Assembly: GCA_947627745.1 (NCBI GenBank)
Contig: CANQXH010000001.1
Span: 63 to 64,062 of the forward strand
Direction: 5' to 3'
Source of the DNA: an uncultured Oscillospiraceae bacterium
GTDB taxonomy: Bacteria > Bacillota > Clostridia > Oscillospirales > Oscillospiraceae
Length of the DNA: 64,000 bases
Shown: positions 18,657 through 27,583 of the stretch, in pieces
Layout: every line of letters begins with the position of its first letter
Numbering within the stretch: the first letter of the stretch is position 1
The notes under the pieces: generated by a model
Database searches by the model: none
What the model saw: only the letters and a program-made list of their open reading frames with translations
What the model was told of the DNA's origin: nothing
Program-made: the position numbers and the translations under genes

Positions 18657-18932
18657 GTGGAGCGGGCGTTTTTGTCCGCCTGGGAGAAGGCCCGGCAGGT
18701 CGCCCAGGCCCTGGGCATCCGGCTCCGGCCCCAGGAGCTGACCCTTGCCGCCGCGAAAAGGGCCCTGTCCACCCGCCGCCTCAGCGACGGCTTTGCCGCT
18801 CTGCAAGAAGCTCAGCGGCTGGACCTGACCCTGGAGGCTCTGGCGGTGGACCGGCGCTTTACCTCCCTGTTTACAGACCCGGAGGCCAACGAGGCCCTCA
18901 CCCGGCTGCTGGAGGCTGGATACCGATTTTAG
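18657..18932 (+). CDS. Small hypothetical protein (91 aa)
   Basis: The GTG at 18657 lies 8 nt after GGAG. Codon bias matches the host. I recognise no motif. Confidence 0.35.
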   Translation: MERAFLSAWEKARQVAQALGIRLRPQELTLAAAKRALSTRRLSDGFAALQEAQRLDLTLEALAVDRRFTSLFTDPEANEALTRLLEAGYRF

Positions 18933-18993
18933 AAAACGGGCCCCGGCAAAAGCCGGGACCGCTTGTCCATTTATTAGAAAGGGATAGAAAGTT

Positions 18994-19776
18994 ATGTTAA
19001 TCTCGCAATGCCCGCTTCTGGAATACGACGGCGCCCAGGAGGCCGTCATCGACCCCGGCAGGGAGCAGGAAGAACTGCGCCTGCCGTCCCGGGCGGTGTT
19101 TGCATTTGTGGCCGGGGAACTGGTGGACGCCTTCGCCGCCAGCCGGGGCATGGAAAAGGCGGCGGAGTTTTTGACCGTCACCAAGGTTTTCCCCCTTTAC
19201 ACGGGGCAGGAACAGGGGCAGTCCTTCGTCCTGTGTCCGGCGCCTCTGGGCGCGCCGGCGGCGGTCCAGATCTTGGACTGGCTTCTTGCCCACGGCGTGG
19301 AAACCGTCCTCGCGACCGGCTCCTGCGGGGTGCTGACGGAGCTGCCGGAGAACGTCTTTTTGATCCCCGTCCGGGCGCTGCGGGACGAGGGGACCTCCTT
19401 CCACTATCTGCCCGCCGCCCGGTTTGTGGAAACGGACCCGGCGCTGCGGCAGGTCATGAAACAGGTCTTTCAGGAAAGGGGGCTTCCCTATGTGGAATGC
19501 GACACCTGGACCACCGACGGCTTTTTCCGGGAGACCCGGCAAAAGGTGGCGGCCCGGCGAAAAGAGGGCTGCGCCTGCGTGGAGATGGAGTGCGCCGCTC
19601 TGGCCGCCTGCGCCAAATTCCGGGACGCCGCCTTCGCCCAGATTCTCTTCACCGCCGACAGCCTGGCTCGCCTGGAGGCCCACGACCCCCGGGACTGGGG
19701 GAATGCCGCCCAGGCGCCGGCCCTGGCGCTGTGCGTGGAGATCATCGGAAGGTGCGGAGAAGGCGCGGCGTTTTGA
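18994..19776 (+). CDS. Nucleoside phosphorylase (PNP/UDP family 1, uridine phosphorylase-like)
   Basis: GAPAAVQILDWLLAHGVETVLATGSCG...RDEGTSFHY...VEMECAAL matches the PNP_UDP_1 pattern. Confidence 0.75.
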   Translation: MLISQCPLLEYDGAQEAVIDPGREQEELRLPSRAVFAFVAGELVDAFAASRGMEKAAEFLTVTKVFPLYTGQEQGQSFVLCPAPLGAPAAVQILDWLLAHGVETVLATGSCGVLTELPENVFLIPVRALRDEGTSFHYLPAARFVETDPALRQVMKQVFQERGLPYVECDTWTTDGFFRETRQKVAARRKEGCACVEMECAALAACAKFRDAAFAQILFTADSLARLEAHDPRDWGNAAQAPALALCVEIIGRCGEGAAF

Positions 19777-19784
19777 ACCGAAAA

Positions 19785-19807
19785 TGGGCCCGGTTCAACC
19801 GGGCCCA
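19785..19807. terminator. Bidirectional terminator between convergent genes
   Basis: A 9-bp stem TGGGCCCGG / CCGGGCCCA with loop TTCAA and T-rich tails on both strands. Confidence 0.7.
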
Positions 19808-19812
19808 TGGCT

Positions 19813-20256
19813 TTATTCTTTTTCCAGAGCCATGACCTTGTCGATGCGGCGCTGGTGGCGAGGCGCCTCGGAGAAGGGCGTCTCCAGCCAGGTGTCCACA
19901 ATGGCCAGGGCCAGATTCTCCCCGGTGACGCCGGCCCCCAGGGCCATCATATTGGTGTCGTTGTGCTCCCGGGTCAGCCGGGCGCTGAGCAGGTCCCCCA
20001 GCAGGGCGCAGCGGATGCCCTTGATCTTGTTGGCGGTGATGGAGGCGCCGATGCCGGTGGTACAAAGGACGATTCCCCGGTCGCAGTCCCCCGCCGCCAC
20101 CGCCCGGGCCGCATGGGCGCAGTAGTCGGGATAGTCGCAGCTATCCTTGGTATAGGTCCCGAAGTCCTCCACCTCATGGCCCGCCTGGCGGAGATGGGCC
20201 AGCAGGACGTTTTTCAGCTCCAGGGCTCCATGGTCGCAGCCAATGGCAATTTTCAT
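19813..20256 (-). CDS. rpiB: Ribose-5-phosphate isomerase B
   Basis: MKIAIGCDHGALELK...GIVLCTTGIGASITANKIKGIRCA...REHNDTNMMALGA. Confidence 0.93.
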   Translation of the reverse strand: MKIAIGCDHGALELKNVLLAHLRQAGHEVEDFGTYTKDSCDYPDYCAHAARAVAAGDCDRGIVLCTTGIGASITANKIKGIRCALLGDLLSARLTREHNDTNMMALGAGVTGENLALAIVDTWLETPFSEAPRHQRRIDKVMALEKE

Positions 20257-20268
20257 TTCTCTTTCCTC

Positions 20269-20967
20269 CTAAATTACATAGCCGCCGTTCACCGGCAGCA
20301 CCTGGCCGGTGACGAATTCCGCCCCCGCCAGATATTCGATGGCCTCCGCCACCTCCCCGGCCCGACCGTTCCGGCCCAGGGGGGCGTCCTCCGCCAGGGC
20401 GGATAAGGTATCCTCCGACAGCCCGGCGCACATATCCGTCAGGATCACCCCCGGGCTGACGCAGTTGACCCGGATGCCGCTGGGCCCCAGCTCCTTGGCC
20501 AGGGCCTTGGTCAGGGCGATCACCGCTCCCTTGGTGGCGGAGTAGGCCGCCTCGCAGGAGGCCCCGGTCTGCCCCCACATGGAGGACACGGTGACGATGC
20601 TCCCCCGGCCCCTGGCCAGCATCCCGGGCAGCGCCGCCTTGACGCAGTGGAACACGCCCTTGACGTTCACATCAAACAGCCGGTCCCAGCTCTCCTCCGT
20701 CACATCCTGCACCAGGCCGTAGGCGCTGACGCCGGCGCAGCAGATGAGATGGTCCACCGGCCCGATCCGGTCAAAGACCGCCGCCACGCCAGGCCCGTCC
20801 GCCACGTCCTGACAGATTGGAACGGCGCCGGTTTTTTCCGCCACGCTTTTCGCGGCGGGGTGGTTCTTTTCATAGAGGAAGAAGACCCGGTCCCCCCGGG
20901 CCCGGAAACGCGCCACCGCGGCGGCCCCGATGCCCCGGGAGCCGCCGGTGATCACCACGGTTGCCAT
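20269..20967 (-). CDS. Short-chain dehydrogenase/reductase (FabG-like)
   Basis: MATVVITGGSRGIG...SSMWG...YSATKGAV...GIRVNCVSPG. I trimmed it to the ATG at 20967, which has an AGGAGG RBS. Confidence 0.85.
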   Translation of the reverse strand: MATVVITGGSRGIGAAAVARFRARGDRVFFLYEKNHPAAKSVAEKTGAVPICQDVADGPGVAAVFDRIGPVDHLICCAGVSAYGLVQDVTEESWDRLFDVNVKGVFHCVKAALPGMLARGRGSIVTVSSMWGQTGASCEAAYSATKGAVIALTKALAKELGPSGIRVNCVSPGVILTDMCAGLSEDTLSALAEDAPLGRNGRAGEVAEAIEYLAGAEFVTGQVLPVNGGYVI

Positions 20968-21020
20968 GACACCCCTCCTGACAAAGTTTTGACCGCTCAG
21001 AAAGCGGTCAAAACCAAACC

Positions 21021-21470
21021 CTATCTTCTCCGGCTGCGGGTACGGTGCTCCGAATACTGACGGATCGAGGAAATCTTGCTGTCCGACTCGGACATGAACT
21101 GCTTCAGCTTTTCCTCGAACAACTGATCCGCCGATTTGGGCGCGGCGGGCACCATCATGGCGGGCCTGGGCGCTTTCTCCGATTGGCTCTCCTTCCGGGG
21201 GGCGGAGGAACGGAAGCTCCGGCTGTCCCGCTGGGGCTTGGGCTCCAGCCGCTTGATGGACAGATTGATCTTCCCGTTCTCGCATCCGATGACCATCACC
21301 TTTACGTCCTGGCCCTCCGTCAAGTACTGATGGATGTCGCTGACGTAGGTGTTGGACACCTCCGAGATATGTACCATGCCGGTCTTATTCTCCGGCAGGG
21401 AAATGAACGCGCCAAAGCTGGCGATGGATTTGACTTTGCCCTCCAAAATGGTGCCTACGGTTAACTCCAT
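21021..21470 (-). CDS. yabR: S1 RNA-binding domain protein (YabR-like)
   Basis: GTILEGKVKSIASFGAFISLPENKTGMVHISEVSNTYV is an S1 domain. Its position after divIC matches the Bacillus order yabP-yabQ-divIC-yabR. Confidence 0.8.
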   Translation of the reverse strand: MELTVGTILEGKVKSIASFGAFISLPENKTGMVHISEVSNTYVSDIHQYLTEGQDVKVMVIGCENGKINLSIKRLEPKPQRDSRSFRSSAPRKESQSEKAPRPAMMVPAAPKSADQLFEEKLKQFMSESDSKISSIRQYSEHRTRSRRR

Positions 21471-21496
21471 AATCTTTCGCGAATCCTCCCTAAGTG

Positions 21497-21802
21497 CTAC
21501 TCCTCGGGTTCAATGATGACGGTGTTGGGATCGGCCAGGCCCAGTTCCTCTTGGGCGATGAGAATGACCCCGTCCACGGTGCCCAGCATGGACACCTTTT
21601 CCTCCAAATGGGCCTTCTGCTGCTCCAGAGCGGCCGCCTGGGTCCGCAGCGCCTCCACCTGGGACTGGGTGCTCATCACCGCGCCCCGCAGGGCCAACAG
21701 CGCCGCCATAGACAATACGACGGCCGCCAGAACCACGGTCTTGGTCAGGGATTTCCCCTGCTGAAATACAATCCGATAGCGGATCTTGGGTTTTCGTGCC
21801 AT
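21497..21802 (-). CDS. divIC: Septum formation initiator DivIC/FtsB family
   Basis: 101 aa with a basic N-terminus, one TM segment (TVVLAAVVLSMAALLAL) and a coiled coil (QVEALRTQAAALEQQKAHLEEKV). Confidence 0.8.
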   Translation of the reverse strand: MARKPKIRYRIVFQQGKSLTKTVVLAAVVLSMAALLALRGAVMSTQSQVEALRTQAAALEQQKAHLEEKVSMLGTVDGVILIAQEELGLADPNTVIIEPEE

Positions 21803-22247
21803 GGGTGCTGCCTCCGGTCCCCCGCCGCTGGGTACGGCGGGTATTTTTTCTTATTGTAACCCATTTTTTCCAGATTGCAAAGAGATTTTTTAAAAATTTC
21901 TCGATTTTTTTGAAAAATTTTTTCAGTGGCGCCGTCAGCGCCCGGAAAAACCGCCCCACGGCCCCCCAAAAAGCGAAAAACAGGGGCCTCAGGCTTTTCC
22001 CCAGGGTGGCCTCCCAGGCCACGGCCCCCAGGGCCAGCCCGGCGCAGTTTCCCAGCCGCAGATCGCCTCCGCAGATCCCGAAGCCCAGATACAGCCACGC
22101 CCAGGCCGCCCCCAGCACAAAAGCCCCGTCGGCCCAGGCGGTGTGCCGGGGCCGCAGGGGCCGGAGCAGGCCGTACCACACCCCCAGCAGCAGGCCCAGC
22201 AGGCAGCTCCATCCGAACTGCCCCGCCGCCACCGCCGGGGACGTCAT
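21510..22247 (-). CDS. yabQ: Spore cortex protein YabQ-like membrane protein; the frame stays open through divIC
   Basis: The ATG at 22247 overlaps the yabP stop (ATGA). The product has hydrophobic helices and a KKFFKKIEKFLKNLFAIWKKWVTI segment. The first in-frame stop is only at 21510, so the 3' end is uncertain. Confidence 0.6.
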   Translation of the reverse strand: MTSPAVAAGQFGWSCLLGLLLGVWYGLLRPLRPRHTAWADGAFVLGAAWAWLYLGFGICGGDLRLGNCAGLALGAVAWEATLGKSLRPLFFAFWGAVGRFFRALTAPLKKFFKKIEKFLKNLFAIWKKWVTIRKNTRRTQRRGTGGSTHGTKTQDPLSDCISAGEIPDQDRGSGGRRIVYGGAVGPAGRGDEHPVPGGGAADPGGRSGAAEGPFGGKGVHAGHRGRGHSHRPRGTGPGRSQHRHH

Positions 22248-22507
22248 CCGAACAGGCGGCGCATCCACCCGCCCTGCCGCGGCTCCTCATAGACCAGGGA
22301 GGAGATGTTGCCCTCCACGGCAACCTGTCCCCCATTGAGAGAAAGCTGCTTGAGCTGCAGCTCCCGGCCCTGGATCACCAGGGTCCCCAGCTCCGTATGG
22401 AGCACCACCGTGGTATCGTCAAAGCTCACCACCTCCTGCACCCCGGTCATGGTCAGCGCGCTACGTTCCTCCAGCGTCAGCCGATGGGGAAGCCGATCCT
22501 CGCCCAT
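22244..22507 (-). CDS. yabP: Sporulation protein YabP
   Basis: HRLTLEERSALTMTGVQEVVSFDDTTVVLHTELGTLVIQGRELQLKQLSLNGGQVAVEGNISSLVY. I chose the ATG at 22507, after AAAGGAGGG. Confidence 0.88.
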   Translation of the reverse strand: MGEDRLPHRLTLEERSALTMTGVQEVVSFDDTTVVLHTELGTLVIQGRELQLKQLSLNGGQVAVEGNISSLVYEEPRQGGWMRRLFG

Positions 22508-22638
22508 GGTACATCCCTCCTTTGCGTAACTGCTAGAAGGTATGCGCCCGGGAAGGGGAATATGCCGGGGTTGACACCGCCGGGGAAGCCGTGGTATCAT
22601 ACCCACAAAGGAACCCGGCGGAAAGGGGGAATCGGGAT

Positions 22639-23148
22639 ATGGAAATGGAAACGGTCTTCGGTCTTCCTCTGGCGTGGGCGCCGATCCCCCCCGGCGGGGG
22701 GCACCGGGCGGGCCGGGAGCTGCTGGAGCGGCTCTATGCCTCCGTCCAGGGCGGCCCTCTGCCGGAAATCGGGACAGGGCCCTGGGGAAAGCCGGACTTT
22801 CTCACGGGAAGCTGGCACTTTTCCATCAGCCACACCCCCCATTTCGCCTTCTGCGTACTCAGCCCCCAGGCCGTGGGACTGGACGCGGAGGAGCTGAGCC
22901 GCAAGGCGCCGGAAAGGCTGGCCCAAAAGATTCTCTCCCCTGGGGAGTGGGCACGGTACCAGGCTGCCCCAGACCCTGGGCAGGCCCTGCTGACCTTCTG
23001 GGTCTTAAAGGAAGCCCAGGCCAAGTGCTCCGGCCGGGGCCTGACCCATGAACTATGCCAAACCGATTTCCGTCTGGACGATCCCCGGGTCTTTCGCCTG
23101 GCCGGATGCGTCGCCGCCATTGTACAGGAGGAACGCCATGCTCTTTGA
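22639..23148 (+). CDS. 4'-phosphopantetheinyl transferase superfamily protein
   Basis: GKPDFLTGSWHFSISHT...GLDAEEL...FWVLKEAQAKCSGRGL matches the Sfp/EntD-type PPTase motifs. Confidence 0.75.
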   Translation: MEMETVFGLPLAWAPIPPGGGHRAGRELLERLYASVQGGPLPEIGTGPWGKPDFLTGSWHFSISHTPHFAFCVLSPQAVGLDAEELSRKAPERLAQKILSPGEWARYQAAPDPGQALLTFWVLKEAQAKCSGRGLTHELCQTDFRLDDPRVFRLAGCVAAIVQEERHAL

Positions 23149-23899
23149 CACCCACGCCCATCTGGACGACCGGGCTTTCGATCAGGACCGGCCCGTTCTT
23201 TTAAAATCCCTGCCGGAAAAGGGCATCGCCCTGCTGATGAATCCGGGATGCAGCCTGGCCTCCTCCCGGGCCGCCGACCGGCTCTCCCGGGCGCATTCCT
23301 GGATCTACGCCGCCGCCGGCTCCCACCCCGACGCCGCCGGGGAAGTAAACGAGGCGGTGCTGGAGGAATACCGCCGCCTCTGCCGGGAGAACCCCAAAAT
23401 CAAGGCCATTGGGGAGATCGGCCTGGACTATCACTACGAGGACATCCCCCGGGACATTCAGCTTGCCGCCTTCCGGGCCCAGATGGCCCTGGCGGAGGAG
23501 CTGGACCTGCCGGTAATCGTCCACGAGCGGGAGGCCCACGGGGACGGCATGGCGGTGGTTCGGGAATTTCCCAGGGTCACCGGCGTCTTTCACTGCTACT
23601 CAGGCTCTGCGGATATGGCCCTGGAGCTGGTAAAGCGGGGGTGGTACATTGGCTTTACCGGGGTTTTGACCTTCAAAAACGCCCGCCGGGCGGTGGAGAC
23701 CGCCCAGGCTCTGCCATTGGAGCGGATCGTGCTGGAAACCGACTGCCCCTACATGGCCCCCGTCCCCTTCCGGGGAAAGAGAAACGATCCGGGATACCTG
23801 TACCGCATGGCGGAGCGCCTGGCGGAAATCCGGGGCCTGCCGGTGGAGGACGTGGAAGCTGCCACCCTGGAGAACGGCAAGCGATTGTACCGGATCTAG
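23138..23899 (+). CDS. tatD: TatD-family metal-dependent hydrolase
   Basis: MLFDTHAHLDD...IGEIGLDYHY...VIVHEREAH...FHCYSGS...LETDCPYMAP. It overlaps the PPTase gene by 11 nt. Confidence 0.9.
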   Translation: MLFDTHAHLDDRAFDQDRPVLLKSLPEKGIALLMNPGCSLASSRAADRLSRAHSWIYAAAGSHPDAAGEVNEAVLEEYRRLCRENPKIKAIGEIGLDYHYEDIPRDIQLAAFRAQMALAEELDLPVIVHEREAHGDGMAVVREFPRVTGVFHCYSGSADMALELVKRGWYIGFTGVLTFKNARRAVETAQALPLERIVLETDCPYMAPVPFRGKRNDPGYLYRMAERLAEIRGLPVEDVEAATLENGKRLYRI

Positions 23900-23933
23900 A
23901 CGGCCCCAAAGCGGTTTTTCCTATATATGCGGC

Positions 23934-23979
23934 GGTCTCCTATGGGCGCGAAGCCTTGCGCCCATAGGAGACCTTTTTG
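23934..23979. terminator. Bidirectional intrinsic terminator
   Basis: A 16-bp stem GGTCTCCTATGGGCGC / GCGCCCATAGGAGACC followed by TTTTTGT. Confidence 0.8.
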
Positions 23980-24029
23980 TTCTGTCTTTCCAATTGCCAC
24001 CGGGATGCCTGGACTTTTAGGGAAAGCTC

Positions 24030-25391
24030 TCAGTCCTCGACCATCCGGGGACGGAAACCCTCCGTCTCCTCGATCCAGTCCAGAAGCGGCGCCCGCAGGG
24101 CGTCCCGCTGGGGGAAATAGGCCGGGTCCCCCGCCAGATTGCGCAGCTCGTAGGGATCCGTCCGCAGATCGTACAGAAAATCGTCGGCGTATACCCGGGA
24201 CCCCGGCGCGGCGCTGCCGTCCACGTTGGGCGCGTGAATGGCGTAGAGCCAGTCCGCCGTGCGGACGCACCGCCCCACCCTGCTCTCGGAGATCTGGGCG
24301 AACACCCGGTTGGGCCGGTTCGGGTCCGTCCCCCGGACTACGTCCAGCAGGTTGTCCCCGATCATGGCATCCCCCACGTCTACCCCCGCCAGGGCCAGCA
24401 GGGTCTTGGGCACGCTGGCGGTACTCACCAGGCTTTGCACATGGAGACCACCCCGGAAGGGGCCTCCGGCAATCACCAGGGGTACCCGGAGGGCGGAATC
24501 ATGGCAGGTGCGCTTGTAATCGTCCGCGCCGCACAAGTGCGCGTCCCGGTTCCGGGTCTTGAAGTGGGAGCCGTGGTCGGACAGGAAGACGACGACCGTA
24601 TTTTCATACAGCCCCTCCTCCTTTAGCCGGGCGAGAAGTTTGCCCAAATTGGCGTCCAGACTGGCGCAGGCCCCCAAGTAGTCCGGGTATTCCGCTAGAT
24701 AGTCCCCCTCCAGGGCCGCCAGGTCCGGGGGCACGGGAAAGTCCCGGAACCGCTCCTTGGAGCCGGGGGGCCCTTCGTAGTGGTGATGGTTATTCTGATG
24801 GTGGGGCTCGATGTGGGACACCGTCAGGAAAAAGGGCTTGCTTTTGTCCCGGGTATCGAAAAATTCCAGGGCCATATCGGTCAGGCAGTCCACCCGGTAG
24901 CCCTCGAAGCAGCGCTTGCGGCCCTCCTCGTCGAAGACGTAGCCGCCGTAGCCGTCGGAGGTGAACTCCAGCACATCCGCCGCCCGCCAGAAGCCGTTGT
25001 ACCCGCCCCGCAGCGCCCGGGGGACGGGCTCGTGGAAAAAGTCCAGCCGCTGGTGATACTGCTCATCGCCATCGCTGGCCAGGTGCCACTTTCCCACATA
25101 GCCGGTCTCATAGCCCGCCTCGGTGAAGTAATTTGCCAGGGTCTTGACGTTTCGCGGGAGCATGACGTTGTTTCGGAAGCATCCGGTCTCCGTGGCCCAC
25201 CGGCCGGTTTGGAGCATGGCCCGGAAGGGCCCGCACACCGGCTGGGGCGTGAAGGCCTGGTCGAAGGCCACGCCCACCGCCGCCAAGGCGTCCAGATTCG
25301 GCGTGACATCCAGGCTCTGACCAAAGCAGCCGCAGGTGTCCGCCCGCTGCTGGTCGGTAAAATAAAGTAAAATATTGGGCCTCATGGTCAT
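24030..25391 (-). CDS. Cys-type sulfatase (formylglycine-dependent)
   Basis: NILLYFTDQQRAD, then the signature CGPFRAMLQTGR (C-x-P-x-R...TGR). Its ATG overlaps the GH112 stop (ATGA). Confidence 0.88.
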   Translation of the reverse strand: MTMRPNILLYFTDQQRADTCGCFGQSLDVTPNLDALAAVGVAFDQAFTPQPVCGPFRAMLQTGRWATETGCFRNNVMLPRNVKTLANYFTEAGYETGYVGKWHLASDGDEQYHQRLDFFHEPVPRALRGGYNGFWRAADVLEFTSDGYGGYVFDEEGRKRCFEGYRVDCLTDMALEFFDTRDKSKPFFLTVSHIEPHHQNNHHHYEGPPGSKERFRDFPVPPDLAALEGDYLAEYPDYLGACASLDANLGKLLARLKEEGLYENTVVVFLSDHGSHFKTRNRDAHLCGADDYKRTCHDSALRVPLVIAGGPFRGGLHVQSLVSTASVPKTLLALAGVDVGDAMIGDNLLDVVRGTDPNRPNRVFAQISESRVGRCVRTADWLYAIHAPNVDGSAAPGSRVYADDFLYDLRTDPYELRNLAGDPAYFPQRDALRAPLLDWIEETEGFRPRMVED

Positions 25392-27568
25392 TCCCCGATC
25401 TCATGCCAGCGGATCTCATTGGGCGCAAGCTCCGCGTCATAGCTGGCGCTGTCCGTCCAGACGGTGGTCCGCTGGGGCTCGTTGGTGTTATTGACGACGC
25501 AGTATTTTCCGCTGTCCACATAGGCGTGGACCTCCACGTTCCAGTTGGAACTGAACCAGCGGTACAGCTCCTCCTCCCCGTGGGCCGCCCAGAGGATGGC
25601 CCGGTAGAGCAGACGGCTGTTGGAAAAGCTGTAAGGAAGGCCGCAGATGTAGACGCACCGGCCGCCGCCGAATTCGTTGACCGCCAGCCGCACGTCCCGG
25701 TCCCGCTGGATCAGCACCTGGGCCCCGGGCAGGGCGTAGATGTCGGCGGGACAGTGGCCGAAGTCCACTTCATTGGGGCAGTCCCGGAGGATGAAGTGAT
25801 CGGGATGCTCCTCCCAGTTGTACTTGTCATAGCCCAGGGTGGCGCCCGTCTCCTTCTCCACCCCCAGGGCTTGGGCCAGCTGGAAATAGTGGCCCTGGTA
25901 CTGGTGGCCGGATGGCTCGCCCACGCCGATAAAGCCGCCGCCCCGGTGGATGAAGCTCCGGACCGCCGCTGGGATTTCCGGATCCTCCCAGACCGGGCCG
26001 CCGGTGTGGGCTGTGTCGCCGTCGCCAATGTTCAGAAGAACGTCCACGCCGTCCAGGGCCCCCGGATCCTCCTTGAGGTCCTGGAAGCTGAGAAACCGCA
26101 CGTCGAAGGGCGCGCCGGACAGGGCCTCGATCACGCCGGCATAGCTGTAATTTTTCCTGTAATACAGGGCGTGGTGGACCATGTGGCAGCCCCAGGAGCG
26201 GGTTTTCCCCCAGGCGTTGAGCACCGCCACTGTCTTGACGCAGTAGGGCTTCGCGCCATGGACATTGGCGTAGAGCTGCCGGAACTCGTCGCACACCTGC
26301 TCCACATAGTCCAGGAACCCGGGGGCCTCCAGGGCCAGCTTCAGATAGCCGCCGTAGCCGATCCGGTCGATGGGACTGCGGAGGATGGCCCGCCGGGCAG
26401 TGATCCAATTGGTTCGGGCCTCCCCAATGGGGTCGCCGCCCTCGTGGAAGGTGTCCGGGAAGAAGTAGGGCAGAAAGCGGCCCTCGGTGTACTTCACCCC
26501 GGGAATGTCACTGATCAGGCGCAGGGTGGAACCGTTGCCCACGCTGCCCACCACCGCGTCCAGCCCGATGGAGGGGAACTCGTCCATAAACGGCTCGGTG
26601 CCGATCCAGTGGTCCCCCAGGAACATCATGGCCTCCTTGCCGTACTCGTGGACGATGTCCACCAATTCCCTGGCCAGGGCGGCCACCTCCCGGCGCTGGA
26701 AGGCCATGAAATCCAGGTATTCCCGGGTGGGGGACCGGTACTGGTTGTTGTAGTAGCCCTGATCGATGATATACTCGGGCCGGAAGGGGTAGCCTGCCTC
26801 CTTCTCGAACCGCTCTAAGATGTAGGGGCTTACCGACGCGCTGTATCCGTACCAGTCCACATACTTTTCCCGTTTCAGCTCGTCAAAAATCAGGGTGAAC
26901 TGGTGGAAAAAGGTGGTGAAGCGGATCACGTCCACGTAAGGGTGCTCCCGGCAGAACCGCCGGAGCCGTTCCAGAGCGTAGGCGTGGCTCTTGGGCTGGC
27001 GCACATCGAAGGTGATCTGATGCTCAAAATTGGTCCAGCCGTTGGTGACGGCGTTGTACATATGCACCGGGTCCCAAATAAGGTAGGCCAGGAAGCTGAC
27101 GGTGTACTCATGGTAGGCTTTCGGCCCGGGGATGATCACGGCGCTCCTTGCCTCGTCGAACGTCCACTCGCTCACCACCGTGCCTGCCGTGCGGTCGATA
27201 ACCTCCCACCACCGCTTCGGGTCGTCCCGACCGTTTACCCGCATCAGCTCGGGGCTGATACCCTCCAGCAGCTCGATCTCCAGGGGGCCGCCGGCAGCGG
27301 TTCGGAAGCCGGTCATAATATAGCACTGCTGGATCTCCTCCGGGTTGGCCTTCGCCCAGGCGTTGTCCTTCCGGGTGGTATAATAGGTGGCGTAGACCTT
27401 GGCCCCCACGTTTCGCAGCTCCGCCGGGAACTCGGTCCCGTCGCAGTCCCGGATGGCGTCGGCGCCCAGACGTTTCACCACCGCCAGTGTTTCCGGCACC
27501 ACGTCCAGATCGGTGGGGATGGTGACGCGGCCAGTCAAATGATCCATGCTGTTGATCCTCGATTCCAT
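25388..27568 (-). CDS. lnpA: GH112 1,3-beta-galactosyl-N-acetylhexosamine phosphorylase (galacto-/lacto-N-biose phosphorylase)
   Basis: 726 aa. The N-terminus GRVTIPTDLDVVPETLAVVKRLGADAIRDCDGTEFP and the overall length fit the GLNBP family as I remember it. Confidence 0.8.
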   Translation of the reverse strand: MESRINSMDHLTGRVTIPTDLDVVPETLAVVKRLGADAIRDCDGTEFPAELRNVGAKVYATYYTTRKDNAWAKANPEEIQQCYIMTGFRTAAGGPLEIELLEGISPELMRVNGRDDPKRWWEVIDRTAGTVVSEWTFDEARSAVIIPGPKAYHEYTVSFLAYLIWDPVHMYNAVTNGWTNFEHQITFDVRQPKSHAYALERLRRFCREHPYVDVIRFTTFFHQFTLIFDELKREKYVDWYGYSASVSPYILERFEKEAGYPFRPEYIIDQGYYNNQYRSPTREYLDFMAFQRREVAALARELVDIVHEYGKEAMMFLGDHWIGTEPFMDEFPSIGLDAVVGSVGNGSTLRLISDIPGVKYTEGRFLPYFFPDTFHEGGDPIGEARTNWITARRAILRSPIDRIGYGGYLKLALEAPGFLDYVEQVCDEFRQLYANVHGAKPYCVKTVAVLNAWGKTRSWGCHMVHHALYYRKNYSYAGVIEALSGAPFDVRFLSFQDLKEDPGALDGVDVLLNIGDGDTAHTGGPVWEDPEIPAAVRSFIHRGGGFIGVGEPSGHQYQGHYFQLAQALGVEKETGATLGYDKYNWEEHPDHFILRDCPNEVDFGHCPADIYALPGAQVLIQRDRDVRLAVNEFGGGRCVYICGLPYSFSNSRLLYRAILWAAHGEEELYRWFSSNWNVEVHAYVDSGKYCVVNNTNEPQRTTVWTDSASYDAELAPNEIRWHEIGE

Positions 27569-27583
27569 TTCATTTTCCTTTCC

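Noticed and set aside
20968-21285. Upstream extension of the SDR ORF (track 20269-21285)
   Set aside because: The extension overlaps the yabR-like S1 gene in another frame. MATVVITGGSRGIG with an AGGAGG RBS marks the true start at 20967.
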